Source: Promethearchaeia archaeon (lineage in GTDB: Archaea; Asgardarchaeota; Lokiarchaeia; Sigyniarchaeales; SOKP01). Taken from it: a stretch of DNA of 64,000 nt. A program made the position numbers and the translations under genes. Positions 50,382 to 60,716 of the stretch are shown here, in pieces; within the stretch, counting starts at the first letter, position 1, and each line of letters begins with the position of its first letter. The stretch spans positions 64,001 through 128,000 of the forward strand of contig JAHQWL010000040.1 of NCBI GenBank assembly GCA_029856155.1, given 5' to 3'. Under the pieces are notes generated by a model. The model saw only the letters and a list, made by a program, of their open reading frames with translations, did no database searches and was not told the origin of the DNA.

Positions 50382-51680
50382 ATGGGTAAAGTGCCTTCTG
50401 TTTTAGAAAAGATTCGTATCTTAGGAGAAAATTCAAAATATGATATTTGTGCAAGTACCGCTTCCAGTCGTACCGATAAATATCCAAAGCTTTTTGGAGA
50501 TTCAAAAGAATGGATTGGAGCTACGGCAAGTGCAGGCATTTGCCATTCTTATACCCCTGATGGACGATGTATGAGTCTTTTTAAAACACTTTATACGAAC
50601 AAATGTATTTATAATTGTAAGTATTGTTTTTCTCATAGTGCAAAGCGGAAGATGAGTTTTACTCCAGAAGAGTATGCTCGAACATTCATGAAGCTCTATT
50701 CGATGAATGTTGTGGAAGGAGTATTTATTTCATCAGGAGTATGTGGTAGTGCTGATAAGACAACCGAAGAAATGTTAGAAGCAATTCGACTTCTCAGATT
50801 CAAATATAAATTTCGAGGGTATGTTCATTTTAAATGTTTACCAGGTGTGAATCAATATTTATTGAAGGAAGCAATAACTCTGTCTGATCGCATATCAATT
50901 AACTCTGAGGCTTCCACTAAAGACCATCTAGCTGAAATCGCTGACCAGAAAGACTTCAACAATGACATTATAACACGCCAACGTTGGTTAAAACAAATTC
51001 GAATTAAGCATAATGATGAAGCGCTTAAAGCTATGCGAGATTTTAAGCAAGATAATCAATTGAAATTCCAAGAAAGAATGATTAAGGATCGACGAGAAGA
51101 TGGATATAAAAAATTTAGATGGGATGGAGCACCAATTCTTAACAGCGGGCAAACAACACAATTTGTAGTAGGTGCTGCCGAAAATGAGACTGATTATGAG
51201 CTTCTTAAAAGGATTGATTGGGGATATAAAGGAATTGATTTAAGGCGAGCATATTTTTCTTCATTTATTCCTATAGAAGGAACACCCTTAGCTGGAAAAC
51301 AAGCAGCGCCATTAGCAAGGGAGCACAGGCTATATCAAAGTGATTGGTTATTACGGATCTATCATTATAAACTAAAAGATTTAAAAGAAATACTAACTGA
51401 AGAGGATAATTTACCTAAAGGTGATCCTAAAATGCACTTAGCAAGAAAGCATTTTAAAGATCATGGCCTTGTAGATCCCAATCAAGCCTCTTACCAAGAA
51501 TTAATTCGAGTTCCTGGAATTGGTCCGATTTCTGCTAAAAGAATAATTAACCTGCAAACTAGAAAATTTGAATTTAGGCATAGGAAAGATCTAAAATCGG
51601 TTGGTGTAGTTTTAAAGAGAGCTGATCCATACCTTTTGATAAATAAAGGAAGTCAAACAACTCTGAACAATTTTATTTAG
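50382..51680 (+). CDS. Putative DNA modification/repair radical SAM protein with C-terminal HhH
   Basis: SKYDICAS, GICHSYTPDGRC.SLFKTL.TN.CIYNCKYC, GQTTQFVVGA, REHRLYQSDWLLR.Y, RVPGIGP. Confidence 0.9.
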   Translation: MGKVPSVLEKIRILGENSKYDICASTASSRTDKYPKLFGDSKEWIGATASAGICHSYTPDGRCMSLFKTLYTNKCIYNCKYCFSHSAKRKMSFTPEEYARTFMKLYSMNVVEGVFISSGVCGSADKTTEEMLEAIRLLRFKYKFRGYVHFKCLPGVNQYLLKEAITLSDRISINSEASTKDHLAEIADQKDFNNDIITRQRWLKQIRIKHNDEALKAMRDFKQDNQLKFQERMIKDRREDGYKKFRWDGAPILNSGQTTQFVVGAAENETDYELLKRIDWGYKGIDLRRAYFSSFIPIEGTPLAGKQAAPLAREHRLYQSDWLLRIYHYKLKDLKEILTEEDNLPKGDPKMHLARKHFKDHGLVDPNQASYQELIRVPGIGPISAKRIINLQTRKFEFRHRKDLKSVGVVLKRADPYLLINKGSQTTLNNFI

Positions 51681-51715
51681 TTAAGTGAGAATAAAATTAT
51701 GGGAAGAGAAATCTA

Positions 51716-52378
51716 ATGAAAAAAATAAAAGAAGTTCAAGATCCATTAGAAGTTGTTGGGTGTGCTAAAGGTCACTCATATAATGAATTGATTCAAAATC
51801 TTCCTCGTCATTGCAAATTTTCTCCCATCCTAATCAAACAAATTAAAGAAATTCCAGAAGTCGTTTTACGTAATTTAGGTACCCCATTTGCGAGGAAAAT
51901 CAACCTAATGATGCGAGAAGTGTCTACTGAATCATATCGTGCAAGACAATTTACACGAACGCAGATAAATAATCGCGGTGTTTTATATGGAGTGGTTTTA
52001 TTGAAACATCATGTAATTGATATTATTTTAGAATATTTCCATGAAAGATGGCCGCAATGTATAATTTGTTTATATAATGAATACAATCATAAAACAACGA
52101 TAATAGATGAAAAGGGGAAAATCGAAGCATTTGATTCCCCTTTAAAAAATGTAGTGGAAAAAGTTAGTAAAAATAGGGATGTTATCCCTTATTTCAATGA
52201 TATTCAATTTTCAGGAGAAAGGATTTTCGAGACACTATATAATTCACAATTTATATCTGAACGAGAAAACCAAAGCTATTTCAAGCGAATGGTTCCAGAC
52301 AAATGCTTTGAATTACCTGGGATGAGAAGTGGAGTAGAAAAACGTTTTCGAAATAAAAAGATTAATGATTATCTGTAA
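51716..52378 (+). CDS. DUF4130-like partner of the DNA repair radical SAM protein
   Basis: REVSTE.YRA.QFTR, HHVI....YFHERWP, FETLYNSQFISEREN..YFKRMVP; canonical adjacency. Confidence 0.75.
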   Translation: MKKIKEVQDPLEVVGCAKGHSYNELIQNLPRHCKFSPILIKQIKEIPEVVLRNLGTPFARKINLMMREVSTESYRARQFTRTQINNRGVLYGVVLLKHHVIDIILEYFHERWPQCIICLYNEYNHKTTIIDEKGKIEAFDSPLKNVVEKVSKNRDVIPYFNDIQFSGERIFETLYNSQFISERENQSYFKRMVPDKCFELPGMRSGVEKRFRNKKINDYL

Positions 52379-52382
52379 TTTA

Positions 52383-53162
52383 TTAGACTATTTTCGCAAA
52401 TAATTCTTTACTTGTTATATATGCTTCACTTTCATTTGGCAAGTTTAGGAGATTTTCACCAACTATATTCATTTTACTTATTTCATCGCTATTAGCAATA
52501 AAACCAAGAAGTTTTACGTATTCTTGTTTGATTTTGGCGACTTCCTTTTCTAAAATATCTCTTATATTTTCTGGAAACCGATTCCCAAGTATCCAAATAT
52601 TCTCAAATTTTAGATCGACCTCCTTAGAAACTTCTAATATGCGGTTCATAGTATGAATACCCATTTTGCTTGGATCACTTACTATAACTAAGTCTGTGAC
52701 GTTTCGACCCGTTTTTCGGGCAAAGTATTCCAATCCTGCGGGGGCATCTATTAACGTCACATCATAATTTTTAGAGAGGATGTCAATCACCCGCTTTAAG
52801 GTGTTATTTACACTGCAATAGCACCCTTCACCTTCGCTACGCCCCATTTCTAAGATATCAAAGTTGTCCATTTCGATTAAAGCATCAAAAACCTCAGATT
52901 CAATGATCTGAGCTTTCGACACGTTAAGGGGGATCTGTCGTTTTTGTATCTGGTCTTTCAAAACCGTCATTTTTCCGCCGATAGTTTCTTTAAAATGGAT
53001 TTCTTTTCCGATAATATCTCCGATATTTGCATCGGGATCTGCATCAATTACGAGAATGTTGAGATCTTTAAATTTTTCAAGGAGAAATTTGAGCATTAAG
53101 ACAAGAAGCGTGGATTTTCCAACCCCGCCCTTTCCAGAAAATGAGATAATTTTTTTCATCAC
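52383..53162 (-). CDS. cooC: CooC/AcsF-type nickel-insertion ATPase
   Basis: SGKGGVGKS, IDADPDAN, MGRSEGEGCYC, DAPAGLEYF.R. Confidence 0.88.
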   Translation of the reverse strand: MMKKIISFSGKGGVGKSTLLVLMLKFLLEKFKDLNILVIDADPDANIGDIIGKEIHFKETIGGKMTVLKDQIQKRQIPLNVSKAQIIESEVFDALIEMDNFDILEMGRSEGEGCYCSVNNTLKRVIDILSKNYDVTLIDAPAGLEYFARKTGRNVTDLVIVSDPSKMGIHTMNRILEVSKEVDLKFENIWILGNRFPENIRDILEKEVAKIKQEYVKLLGFIANSDEISKMNIVGENLLNLPNESEAYITSKELFAKIV

Positions 53163-53429
53163 TAAAACACTTAAAATAAGTAATATTTCTCTATGTAAAG
53201 GTAATTGATTTAAAATTAAAAACTTATTATAAATAATTCAAAAGAATAGGACTTGTTAAAATAAGAATTATAAGTGGAAGTAATATGGATATTAATAATT
53301 AATAACTTATCTTCTTTTTTACTTTAATTTTAAAAAAAGGAAAAAATTCCTTTTGTGTGAATGAGTTTTTATACAAAAATGTATTAAAGTAAATTACCTA
53401 CTTACACATTATAATAGAGGTCGAATGAT

Positions 53430-53726
53430 ATGATTTATATGGTAACAGTGTGGTATCCGTGCGATCAGGCAAAAAATGTAATAGAGGCAACTAAAAAAGC
53501 CCCTAAATTGCCTGATTATATTAAAAAGTGGCTACTTTATGGCACACCTGATGGAAATAATGGTTATAAGGTTTACAATCTTATTTATGTTAAGGAAGGG
53601 ATTTCAGATGAAGCCGTTATTTTTATTGGGAAAATGCAGCAATATTTTATTGAAAATATCAATGGATATCATTGGAAGGCGGAACTGGTTTTAGGAATGA
53701 AAGATAGCATGAAATTATTTTTATAA
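53430..53726 (+). CDS. Conserved hypothetical protein
   Basis: GAGGT SD-like motif upstream, clean 98-aa ORF, T-rich tract downstream. Confidence 0.7.
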   Translation: MIYMVTVWYPCDQAKNVIEATKKAPKLPDYIKKWLLYGTPDGNNGYKVYNLIYVKEGISDEAVIFIGKMQQYFIENINGYHWKAELVLGMKDSMKLFL

Positions 53727-53881
53727 TTTACAAATCTTCATTTTTTTTTTTAATTTCTTTTTTTCTAATTAAAGAGCAAATACTCTTTGATACGTCAAAA
53801 AAACCTAAATAAGACTTATTCAACAAAATTAGGGAGTTGCTAGTAAGAAATATAAAATTGGTAAACGCAGATATTAATATT

Positions 53882-54751
53882 TTATAAATTATCTTCTTGT
53901 TGACTTCTTGTCTGACTTCTTGTCTGACTTCTTGTCTGACTTTGCTGTTCTTGACGGTACACAGGAACAATTTTTGAAGTAAAATCGTCTAGTGAGTATC
54001 GAAACTCATCTTCACTTGATATTTTACCTAACTCTAACAAAATTTGTCGTGCTAAAAGCCAGAATGCTAACCCTAATGCTTTTTTACCGCGATTATTAGC
54101 TGGGATCGCAAGATCTATGCCTGTAAGAGTGTCATCGGTATCAAATAGAGATACTACAGGAATTCGAGCTAATTTAGCTTCTCGTAAAACTACTTTATCT
54201 GCATGAGGATCTACAATCACTACAACACTTGCGTCTTTAATATAGGTATCAATGATAGGATTAGTAAGTGAGCCTGGAATAAACCTTGTAGTTATTGCTC
54301 TACATCCTAAGACTTCACAAAATTTTTTTACTGGTTCTTTCCCATATCGTCGAACTGAAGTAACAATGACTCTATCGCTTCCTTCTTCAACATATTTGCT
54401 TAAATATTTAGCAGCAATTTTAAGTCGTTCGTCGGTTTGAGTTAAATCAATAACATATAATCCATAATTAGTCTGCCTATAGATGAATCTTCGAGCATCT
54501 CCAGTTAACAATTTAGTTCCAATATGTATCCCACAACTTAAATAAAGCTGTTTTCTCTCCTCGTCTTTATCAATTAATTCTTCTTTTATCTCAATTCCTG
54601 CTTCTATATCGTTAGCGTCTAATAAATCAAGTTCCTCTTCTAAATCTAAATCTTCTTCAAAATCAATATCGAATTCTTCGCTAAAATCTTCTAGATCGTC
54701 GTTTTTTTTCGTACTTTCTGGTTCTTCAGTTTTCTTTTTCTTTCGAGCCAA
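53882..54751 (-). CDS. rps2: 30S ribosomal protein S2 (uS2) with acidic N-terminal extension
   Basis: YLSCGIHIGTK, RFIY...GLYVIDL, RFIPGSLTNP, DPHAD, DTD, IPANNRGKKALGL.FWLLAR. Confidence 0.95.
   Translation of the reverse strand: MARKKKKTEEPESTKKNDDLEDFSEEFDIDFEEDLDLEEELDLLDANDIEAGIEIKEELIDKDEERKQLYLSCGIHIGTKLLTGDARRFIYRQTNYGLYVIDLTQTDERLKIAAKYLSKYVEEGSDRVIVTSVRRYGKEPVKKFCEVLGCRAITTRFIPGSLTNPIIDTYIKDASVVVIVDPHADKVVLREAKLARIPVVSLFDTDDTLTGIDLAIPANNRGKKALGLAFWLLARQILLELGKISSEDEFRYSLDDFTSKIVPVYRQEQQSQTRSQTRSQTRSQQEDNL
53901..53942. repeat. 12-bp tandem repeat TGACTTCTTGTC x3.5, encoding (SQTR)n in the uS2 tail
   Basis: Directly visible, perfect copies. Confidence 0.9.
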
Positions 54752-54981
54752 ATTAGTAGCCTTACTTTTTTTTTCTGACGTTAATTAAATTAAAATATAT
54801 TTATGTCTAACGAATTTATGAATATATTATTGAATACATAATAACTTTAATATTTTATTGAGCAGATTTTTCTAAACCCTTAAGAACTAAAGTTTTAATA
54901 TAGCAAAATGATTTTAATTATTAATATAACTTATTGAATATAACTATAATATATTCATTTAGATCGGTTTTGGTTTTAGTC

Positions 54982-55467
54982 ATGACTTCCTATCGATTAA
55001 TTATTGGCATCATTGTTGGTATAGTATTTAGCTTCTTTACTGTTTTTTTCTTTAACATGACGGTTATTTTAAACCAAATTCAATTATATGCAAAAACTGA
55101 CATAATAAGGATAGCTTCTTTATTAGCTGGAGCAAATTTTAATTTTAATATGATTTCATATATTACAGGAACACCAACTATCCTAGGTTTTTTTGCACCT
55201 GAAATTTTAGCATGGATTTTCATTGGTTATATCACAGGCTCAATAGCAAAAGGTTTAAGAAGAGGGACAATAGCCAGTTCATTAGTTGTTGTAATAGTAT
55301 TGTTGATTTGGATCATACTAAGCATCTTTTCTCAGGTGGATTTAATGGCTTTATTCCAAGGAACTCAATTAACTGAAACGCTAGGGGGAATAATTAGTGC
55401 ATTTTTAGGAGTCTTAATAGGAGGAGTAGCTGGTGGATTAATTAGTGGTCCTTATGAGGAGTTCTAA
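54982..55467 (+). CDS. Hypothetical 4-TM membrane protein
   Basis: Gly-rich hydrophobic helices; ATG at 54982. Confidence 0.7.
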   Translation: MTSYRLIIGIIVGIVFSFFTVFFFNMTVILNQIQLYAKTDIIRIASLLAGANFNFNMISYITGTPTILGFFAPEILAWIFIGYITGSIAKGLRRGTIASSLVVVIVLLIWIILSIFSQVDLMALFQGTQLTETLGGIISAFLGVLIGGVAGGLISGPYEEF

Positions 55468-55639
55468 TAAAAATCTATTAGCAACCACATCTTTTCTTAC
55501 AAATTAGAAACTATATTCTATTATTAATGATCTATATATATTTATATTTTAAAGATTGCAGATATCTTGGTTAGAGTAATTATTTACGGATTTTTATAAT
55601 AACTCAAACTTAAAGTAAATTGGTTAATTATAAAAAATA

Positions 55640-56176
55640 ATGGTGAATAAAGAAGATATTTTGCCCGATCGAGAGTTTGCATTAGATCTATTAAGAAGAT
55701 TGAAAACCCCACTCTCAGTTAGACGCCATTCTGAAAAAGTTGCTGATAAAGCCATAGAAATAGCAAATAAAATAAAAAAAGCAAAATTAGATTTAAATTT
55801 GATTGAAATCGGGGCTTTATTGCATGATATTGGGAGATCTAAAACCCATGGTTTTGACCATGCATTAATAGGGGGTAAAATCTTAAGACAGAAAGGTTTT
55901 TCAGATAAACTCGCGAGAATCTGTGAAACTCATATTTTAGGTGGTTTAGATGAACAAGATGCTAAAAAAGTAGGATTACCTGAAAAAGATTATTTACCTA
56001 TTACTTTAGAAGAAAAAATAATATGTTTAGCAGATAAACATATGGCTGGTACGAGAGAAGTTTCAATCCAAGCCAGATTTAATAGATGGTTTCAAAAATA
56101 TGGAAGAAGTAAGATCTTGTTAAAATCAAAAAAAAGAATCGAAACTATTCAAAAAGAAATTGAAGAATTAATGTAG
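55640..56176 (+). CDS. HD-domain (HDIG) protein, archaeal TIGR00295-like
   Basis: RHS..V, GALLHDIGRSKTH..DHA..G, ETHILGG, DYLP.TLEEKII.LADK. Confidence 0.88.
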   Translation: MVNKEDILPDREFALDLLRRLKTPLSVRRHSEKVADKAIEIANKIKKAKLDLNLIEIGALLHDIGRSKTHGFDHALIGGKILRQKGFSDKLARICETHILGGLDEQDAKKVGLPEKDYLPITLEEKIICLADKHMAGTREVSIQARFNRWFQKYGRSKILLKSKKRIETIQKEIEELM

Positions 56177-56208
56177 CGAGTTATTTTAATGACTTGTTCT
56201 ATGGTTAA

Positions 56209-57519
56209 TTAACTAATATCGCAAAATAATTCTTGGTTTTTACATAAAAGCTCATAATCTTTATCTAATGAAAAGATTACATTTCGGATTATTAAACATG
56301 CATCCAATAATACTTGAGGGTCCACTTTCTCAGGTGTATCTACTTTATTATGAGTATATTTACCTCCCGCTCTTGTAACAATATCAACAGAATCATATCC
56401 CCTTAAATGAAATGGAACAGAATCAGTATGTGCTCCAGTAGACAGATGGAATCCTTTAATCTTCACGTTTTCTTCCATTGCTGCCTTATCTAGGTATTTA
56501 CTAAGTAAAGGAGCTATTTTTTTCCTAGGTAAAACCCCATACGATTTTAAATATTCTACCTGATTTTTTTGTTCATGAGCACAAGAAATCATATCTAAGT
56601 TAATTTGAAATACTCTACCCTTTATAAATTCGTCTTGATGGTCATTTACAAAAATCCTAGACCCCATTGTTCCTAGTTCTTCAGCAGAGAATTGACAGAA
56701 CCAAATATTGAAGTTATCAAGTGTGTTTTCTTTAAAAAACTCACTTAATTCAAACACTACTGCCATTCCTGAAGCATTATCTAAAGCTCCGGGTGAATTA
56801 TTAGAAGTATTTAAAAACATTAAAAATACATTTGAAATTGAGATTAGTATGGTAAAACTCCAGATACCACTCCCTATCACCAAGAGGTTTATATCAATTA
56901 TCGTATATGCATGAATAAATAAAATAATAAAAAAACCTCCAAGAAAAATTCCACCATATAACCACACTCTATATAAAAAGACTCTCCAATAAGTTTTGAA
57001 TGATTGAGATTTAGAATCTAAGTGAGCAGAAATAATAATATTACCCGCAGTATCTGCTGGCAAATTTTTTGCTGGCAATTTTATAACGACATTTGTTGCT
57101 GAAATAGTCTTTCCATAATATTCTCCCCAAAATCCCGGATGTTCAGGATGTTGTAAACCTTTAATAATTAAAAAAAATACGATTATCATAATTACGCATA
57201 TGATAATTGTAAAAAGTAAATTTATATAAGTAAACATTAAGATAAAAAGAGAAAATGTTAGGTTAATTACCATTATTAATTTTATAAGTGTAGTCGAGTA
57301 GAAATCAGAAAATTTAAAAGTTTTTTTTTGGATTTGTTGTTCATTAAATCCAATATTTTTAAAAGTCTTCTCTGTTAATTTAACAGCTTTTATTTCTCCG
57401 CTTGTTCCAGCTAGGCGTGGAAAACTGAAACTCTTAACATAATTAAATAAACGATCGACTTTAAACGAAAGATCTTTAATAGAATTCCCAGTTTTCAACT
57501 TTTTTAATAAAACTATCAA
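56209..57519 (-). CDS. Membrane M28-family peptidase-like protein (paralog of 44722)
   Basis: FSFPRLAGT, AHLDSKSQ, GALDNASG, SAEELGTMGS, NLDM, HTD, H..VDT. Confidence 0.82.
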   Translation of the reverse strand: MIVLLKKLKTGNSIKDLSFKVDRLFNYVKSFSFPRLAGTSGEIKAVKLTEKTFKNIGFNEQQIQKKTFKFSDFYSTTLIKLIMVINLTFSLFILMFTYINLLFTIIICVIMIIVFFLIIKGLQHPEHPGFWGEYYGKTISATNVVIKLPAKNLPADTAGNIIISAHLDSKSQSFKTYWRVFLYRVWLYGGIFLGGFFIILFIHAYTIIDINLLVIGSGIWSFTILISISNVFLMFLNTSNNSPGALDNASGMAVVFELSEFFKENTLDNFNIWFCQFSAEELGTMGSRIFVNDHQDEFIKGRVFQINLDMISCAHEQKNQVEYLKSYGVLPRKKIAPLLSKYLDKAAMEENVKIKGFHLSTGAHTDSVPFHLRGYDSVDIVTRAGGKYTHNKVDTPEKVDPQVLLDACLIIRNVIFSLDKDYELLCKNQELFCDIS

Positions 57520-57588
57520 TTATGATTTGAAATTTTCAATTTACATTATAGTATTGAAAATAAATGTTTTGTTACTTTTTTTTATAAT

Positions 57589-58194
57589 TTAGCTCAAATC
57601 TTTTAGTTTATCAAATATAATTTTCTGAATCTTTTCTTGAACAAATTCTATAATATCATCAGAATTAACAATAGAATAGCCTTCTTGTTTAGCACGGCTG
57701 AGATAAAGATTTCTTACTTTATCTAAGAACGAGTTATCCTCAAATTTTTCCAAAACATCTTCTTCTTTCCTTGCTAATGCCGTTTTTGGATCGATATCTA
57801 AAATAATTGTTATATCGGGTAATTCTACAAATTTATTAATTTCTATAACCCATTCAACAGAGATTTTATCTGATTGTAACGATTGATATACTATAGAAGA
57901 TTCCAAATAACGATCGGATATAACGATATACCCTTCTTCTAGTTTTTTCTTGATTTCGTTATGATAATGCAAGTTTCTATCAGTAGCAAATAATAACGCA
58001 TCAGTAGCAGGTGGGACATTTTTATCTTTTAAATATTTCCTGACTAATTTCCCAATATCGCTTTCAGACGGTTCCATCGTTAAATAAACTTTAAACCCCT
58101 TGCTTTCTAAAAAACCTTTAAGAAGGTGACTATGAGTGCTTGTGCCTGATCCATCAATCCCTTCTAATGCGATAAATAAAGATTTTTGCTTCAA
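57589..58194 (-). CDS. tmk: Thymidylate kinase
   Basis: FIALEGIDGSG, EP, LLFATDR..H, VISDRY..SSIVYQ, PDITIILDI. Confidence 0.92.
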   Translation of the reverse strand: MKQKSLFIALEGIDGSGTSTHSHLLKGFLESKGFKVYLTMEPSESDIGKLVRKYLKDKNVPPATDALLFATDRNLHYHNEIKKKLEEGYIVISDRYLESSIVYQSLQSDKISVEWVIEINKFVELPDITIILDIDPKTALARKEEDVLEKFEDNSFLDKVRNLYLSRAKQEGYSIVNSDDIIEFVQEKIQKIIFDKLKDLS

Positions 58195-58395
58195 ATTAAA
58201 TCAAAAAATAAATTATATTTTAGCTATAATTCAACTAAGATTTTGTAAATTATTATCAATAAGAACTTATTTGTTTTATTTTTAATTAACTCATTTTATT
58301 AAATTTTTAACAAATTAAAGCACAAGGGAATATTATAATAAATTCTTATAGAATCCTACCACAAAAATTAAAATAATTAAATATTCTTATTTAAA

Positions 58396-58785
58396 ATGAG
58401 AGCAATGCGTAAACATAATAAATTCGCATATTGCAAGAATTGTGAGAAAGAAATTTTAAGACCTAAAAGAAAATCCATAGAGAATATGTACATTAATATC
58501 TGGATTCTAGCATTTATTTCTTCATTAGGTTTTGCAATAGTTCCCTTTCTCATTTATCGTTATGTAATTTTAAAAAGAAATATTTGCCCAAATTGCCAAA
58601 ATCAACTAAGTATTTATAATTCTCATGAAGAGATTCCAGATCCAAAAGCCCAAATTAGCCGAATACTTCAAAAAATTGAAGATGAAAAAAAAGAATATGA
58701 CAAGGTTTACTGTCCATATTGTAAGCAAGAAATATTAAAAGAATTAAAAAACTGTCCAAGTTGTGGTGCACACCTAATAGAATAA
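58396..58785 (+). CDS. Zinc-ribbon membrane protein (CxxC-TM-CxxC plus C-terminal zinc ribbon)
   Basis: CKNC...hydrophobic hairpin...CPNC; CPYC...CPSC. Confidence 0.75.
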   Translation: MRAMRKHNKFAYCKNCEKEILRPKRKSIENMYINIWILAFISSLGFAIVPFLIYRYVILKRNICPNCQNQLSIYNSHEEIPDPKAQISRILQKIEDEKKEYDKVYCPYCKQEILKELKNCPSCGAHLIE

Positions 58786-58861
58786 AAATTTAAATTAATA
58801 TTTATATTCATAATCTTAAAGCCTAAAGGAATAAAATAAAAATCAAATATAATTACGTAAA

Positions 58862-59239
58862 ATGACAACTACAAATCCTACAGGATATTGCAGCCGCTGT
58901 AACCAAGAAGTTTTGTTGAAACGTGAAGAGATTGATACTTGTCTCGCAATAGTATTGTTGATTTTTACAGCGGGAATTGGTTTACTAATTTACCTCGCAA
59001 TCTATTACAGTAAACCTGAAGATAGATGCGTTCATTGTGGAACAAAAATTACTGTTTTTCAAACTCCAAGCCCCTATACTTATCAACCTCAACCTCAACA
59101 ACCATCATATTCAGCACCTTTAAATATATCCGAAGAAATAACAGGCTCTAGACCTAATTTTTGTTCTCTTTGTGGAGAAAAATTAGACTCAGGTATAAGT
59201 TATTGTCCGAACTGCGGGAGTAAAATTTCTGAAAATTAG
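58862..59239 (+). CDS. Zinc-ribbon membrane protein (paralog)
   Basis: CSRC...LAIVLLIFTAGIGLLIYLAIY...CVHC; CSLC...CPNC. Confidence 0.8.
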   Translation: MTTTNPTGYCSRCNQEVLLKREEIDTCLAIVLLIFTAGIGLLIYLAIYYSKPEDRCVHCGTKITVFQTPSPYTYQPQPQQPSYSAPLNISEEITGSRPNFCSLCGEKLDSGISYCPNCGSKISEN

Positions 59240-59371
59240 TTTTTTTATGATTTTTTACTTAGTACAGACGTTTTTGCATACTAATTTTAAAAATTGGACT
59301 CCCATTTTTTTTAATTCAATTAAAATCTTCTTCTAATTAAATAAAAATAAAAAAATTTGGGATGATAAAAA

Positions 59372-59737
59372 ATGTATTGTCCAAAATGTAATATGAATGT
59401 TTATACAAAAAAGAATGAATTTAATATTGGCTTGGCGATTATTTTAGCTATTTTCACAGGGGGTATTGGCCTATTGATTTATGTTGCGATCTATTTAGAT
59501 AAGGAACATAAACCTCGTTGCATTCATTGTGATTCAGTATGTTATGATCAAAAAGAAACTGACCAACAAAGTTCAAATTATCAAGTAATAAACGTTTCTC
59601 ATCAACCAGAGAGTCCAAAAGTTAGTGGAAAATCGCAAAAAATTGAAGAGAAATCATTCTTTTGTTATAATTGTGGAACTGAATTAGACAAAAGTGAGAA
59701 TGCTAAATTCTGTGCACTTTGTGGAAGTTCAATATAA
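59372..59737 (+). CDS. Zinc-ribbon membrane protein (paralog)
   Basis: CPKC...LAIILAIFTGGIGLLIYVAIY...CIHC; CYNC...CALC. Confidence 0.8.
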   Translation: MYCPKCNMNVYTKKNEFNIGLAIILAIFTGGIGLLIYVAIYLDKEHKPRCIHCDSVCYDQKETDQQSSNYQVINVSHQPESPKVSGKSQKIEEKSFFCYNCGTELDKSENAKFCALCGSSI

Positions 59738-59821
59738 TAATTTTTTTAATTTTTTTTTCTTTTAAAATCTTTTTAAATTTATCAATTTTATTGCTATAAT
59801 TAATCAAAATTTTAACCTTTA

Positions 59822-60691
59822 TTAGCTCTCCCCAAGAAATTCAATTACTTTTTTTCTCATTAAACTAGTATTAGGTTTTTTGTTTGTCCACCATTCAAAT
59901 GCTAAAGCTCCCTGATTAACTAACATATCTAAGCCTCCTAGTGTTTTGCATCCTTTCTGAGCAGCATCAGTTATTAATTTAGTTTTTAATGGGTTGTACA
60001 CTACATCATAGACAATTAAATCTTCATGCAAAAATTCTTCAGGTATTGGTGATATATTTACATTTGGATACATACCAACTGGAGTTGCATTAATAATAAT
60101 ATCGGCTTTTTTAGATTCATCTTTTAAAACATTATTACTCATTTGCTTCGCTTCAACATTTATCCCACTATATTTTTTAATTTGATTAGAAAGTTTCAAT
60201 GCTCGTTTTTCAGTTCTATTTACTATAACTAATTTGTTAACTTGTTCTGCCATTATATAGCTTAAAGCTCTTGCTGCTCCACCAGCTCCTAATAATAAGA
60301 CATTTTTTCCTGAAATTTTGTACCCTGCATTTAATAGTGCTCTCATAGCTCCTTCCGCATCTGTATTTTTCCCAGTTAAGTACCCCTTATCATTTTTTAT
60401 TGCATTTACGGCTCCAATTTTCTTTGTAATAGGATCAATTTCATCTAAATATTTCATTATTTTTTGCTTAAAAGGAATTGTCACATTAATTCCGATGATA
60501 TTAAATGTTTTAATTCCCTTCACAGCAAGCTTCAAATTAGAAGGAAAAATATTGAATGCTAAATAAATATAATCAAGGTGTAATTCACGTATCGCAGTAT
60601 TATGCATAATTGGACTCATAGAATGTTCAATTGGATACCCAATAATACATAGAACTTTTGTATGAGCAGTAACAAAATCCTTGTCGATCAT
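59822..60691 (-). CDS. aroE: Shikimate dehydrogenase
   Basis: GYPIEHSMSP.MHN, NVTIPFK, GAVN, NTD, GAGGAA, NATPVGM, GLDMLVNQG. Confidence 0.95.
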   Translation of the reverse strand: MIDKDFVTAHTKVLCIIGYPIEHSMSPIMHNTAIRELHLDYIYLAFNIFPSNLKLAVKGIKTFNIIGINVTIPFKQKIMKYLDEIDPITKKIGAVNAIKNDKGYLTGKNTDAEGAMRALLNAGYKISGKNVLLLGAGGAARALSYIMAEQVNKLVIVNRTEKRALKLSNQIKKYSGINVEAKQMSNNVLKDESKKADIIINATPVGMYPNVNISPIPEEFLHEDLIVYDVVYNPLKTKLITDAAQKGCKTLGGLDMLVNQGALAFEWWTNKKPNTSLMRKKVIEFLGES

Positions 60692-60716
60692 ATTAATTAT
60701 TTAAGATATATTTGCC

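Noticed and set aside
50460-50522. Nested hairpin in the radical SAM gene as a possible in-frame intron
   Set aside because: Outer and inner stems exist, but no 4-bp central helix with 3-nt bulges can be formed, and the ORF is intact.
53901-53942. Short repeats as a CRISPR array, and the 53728-53970 ORF (QEVR repeats)
   Set aside because: There are no spacers; it is a coding minisatellite in uS2, and the ORF is an alternative frame of it.
59259-59284. Intergenic hairpin TTAGTA...TACTAA loosely resembling intron 2
   Set aside because: It is not within a CDS and has no BHB; more likely a terminator-associated or chance structure.
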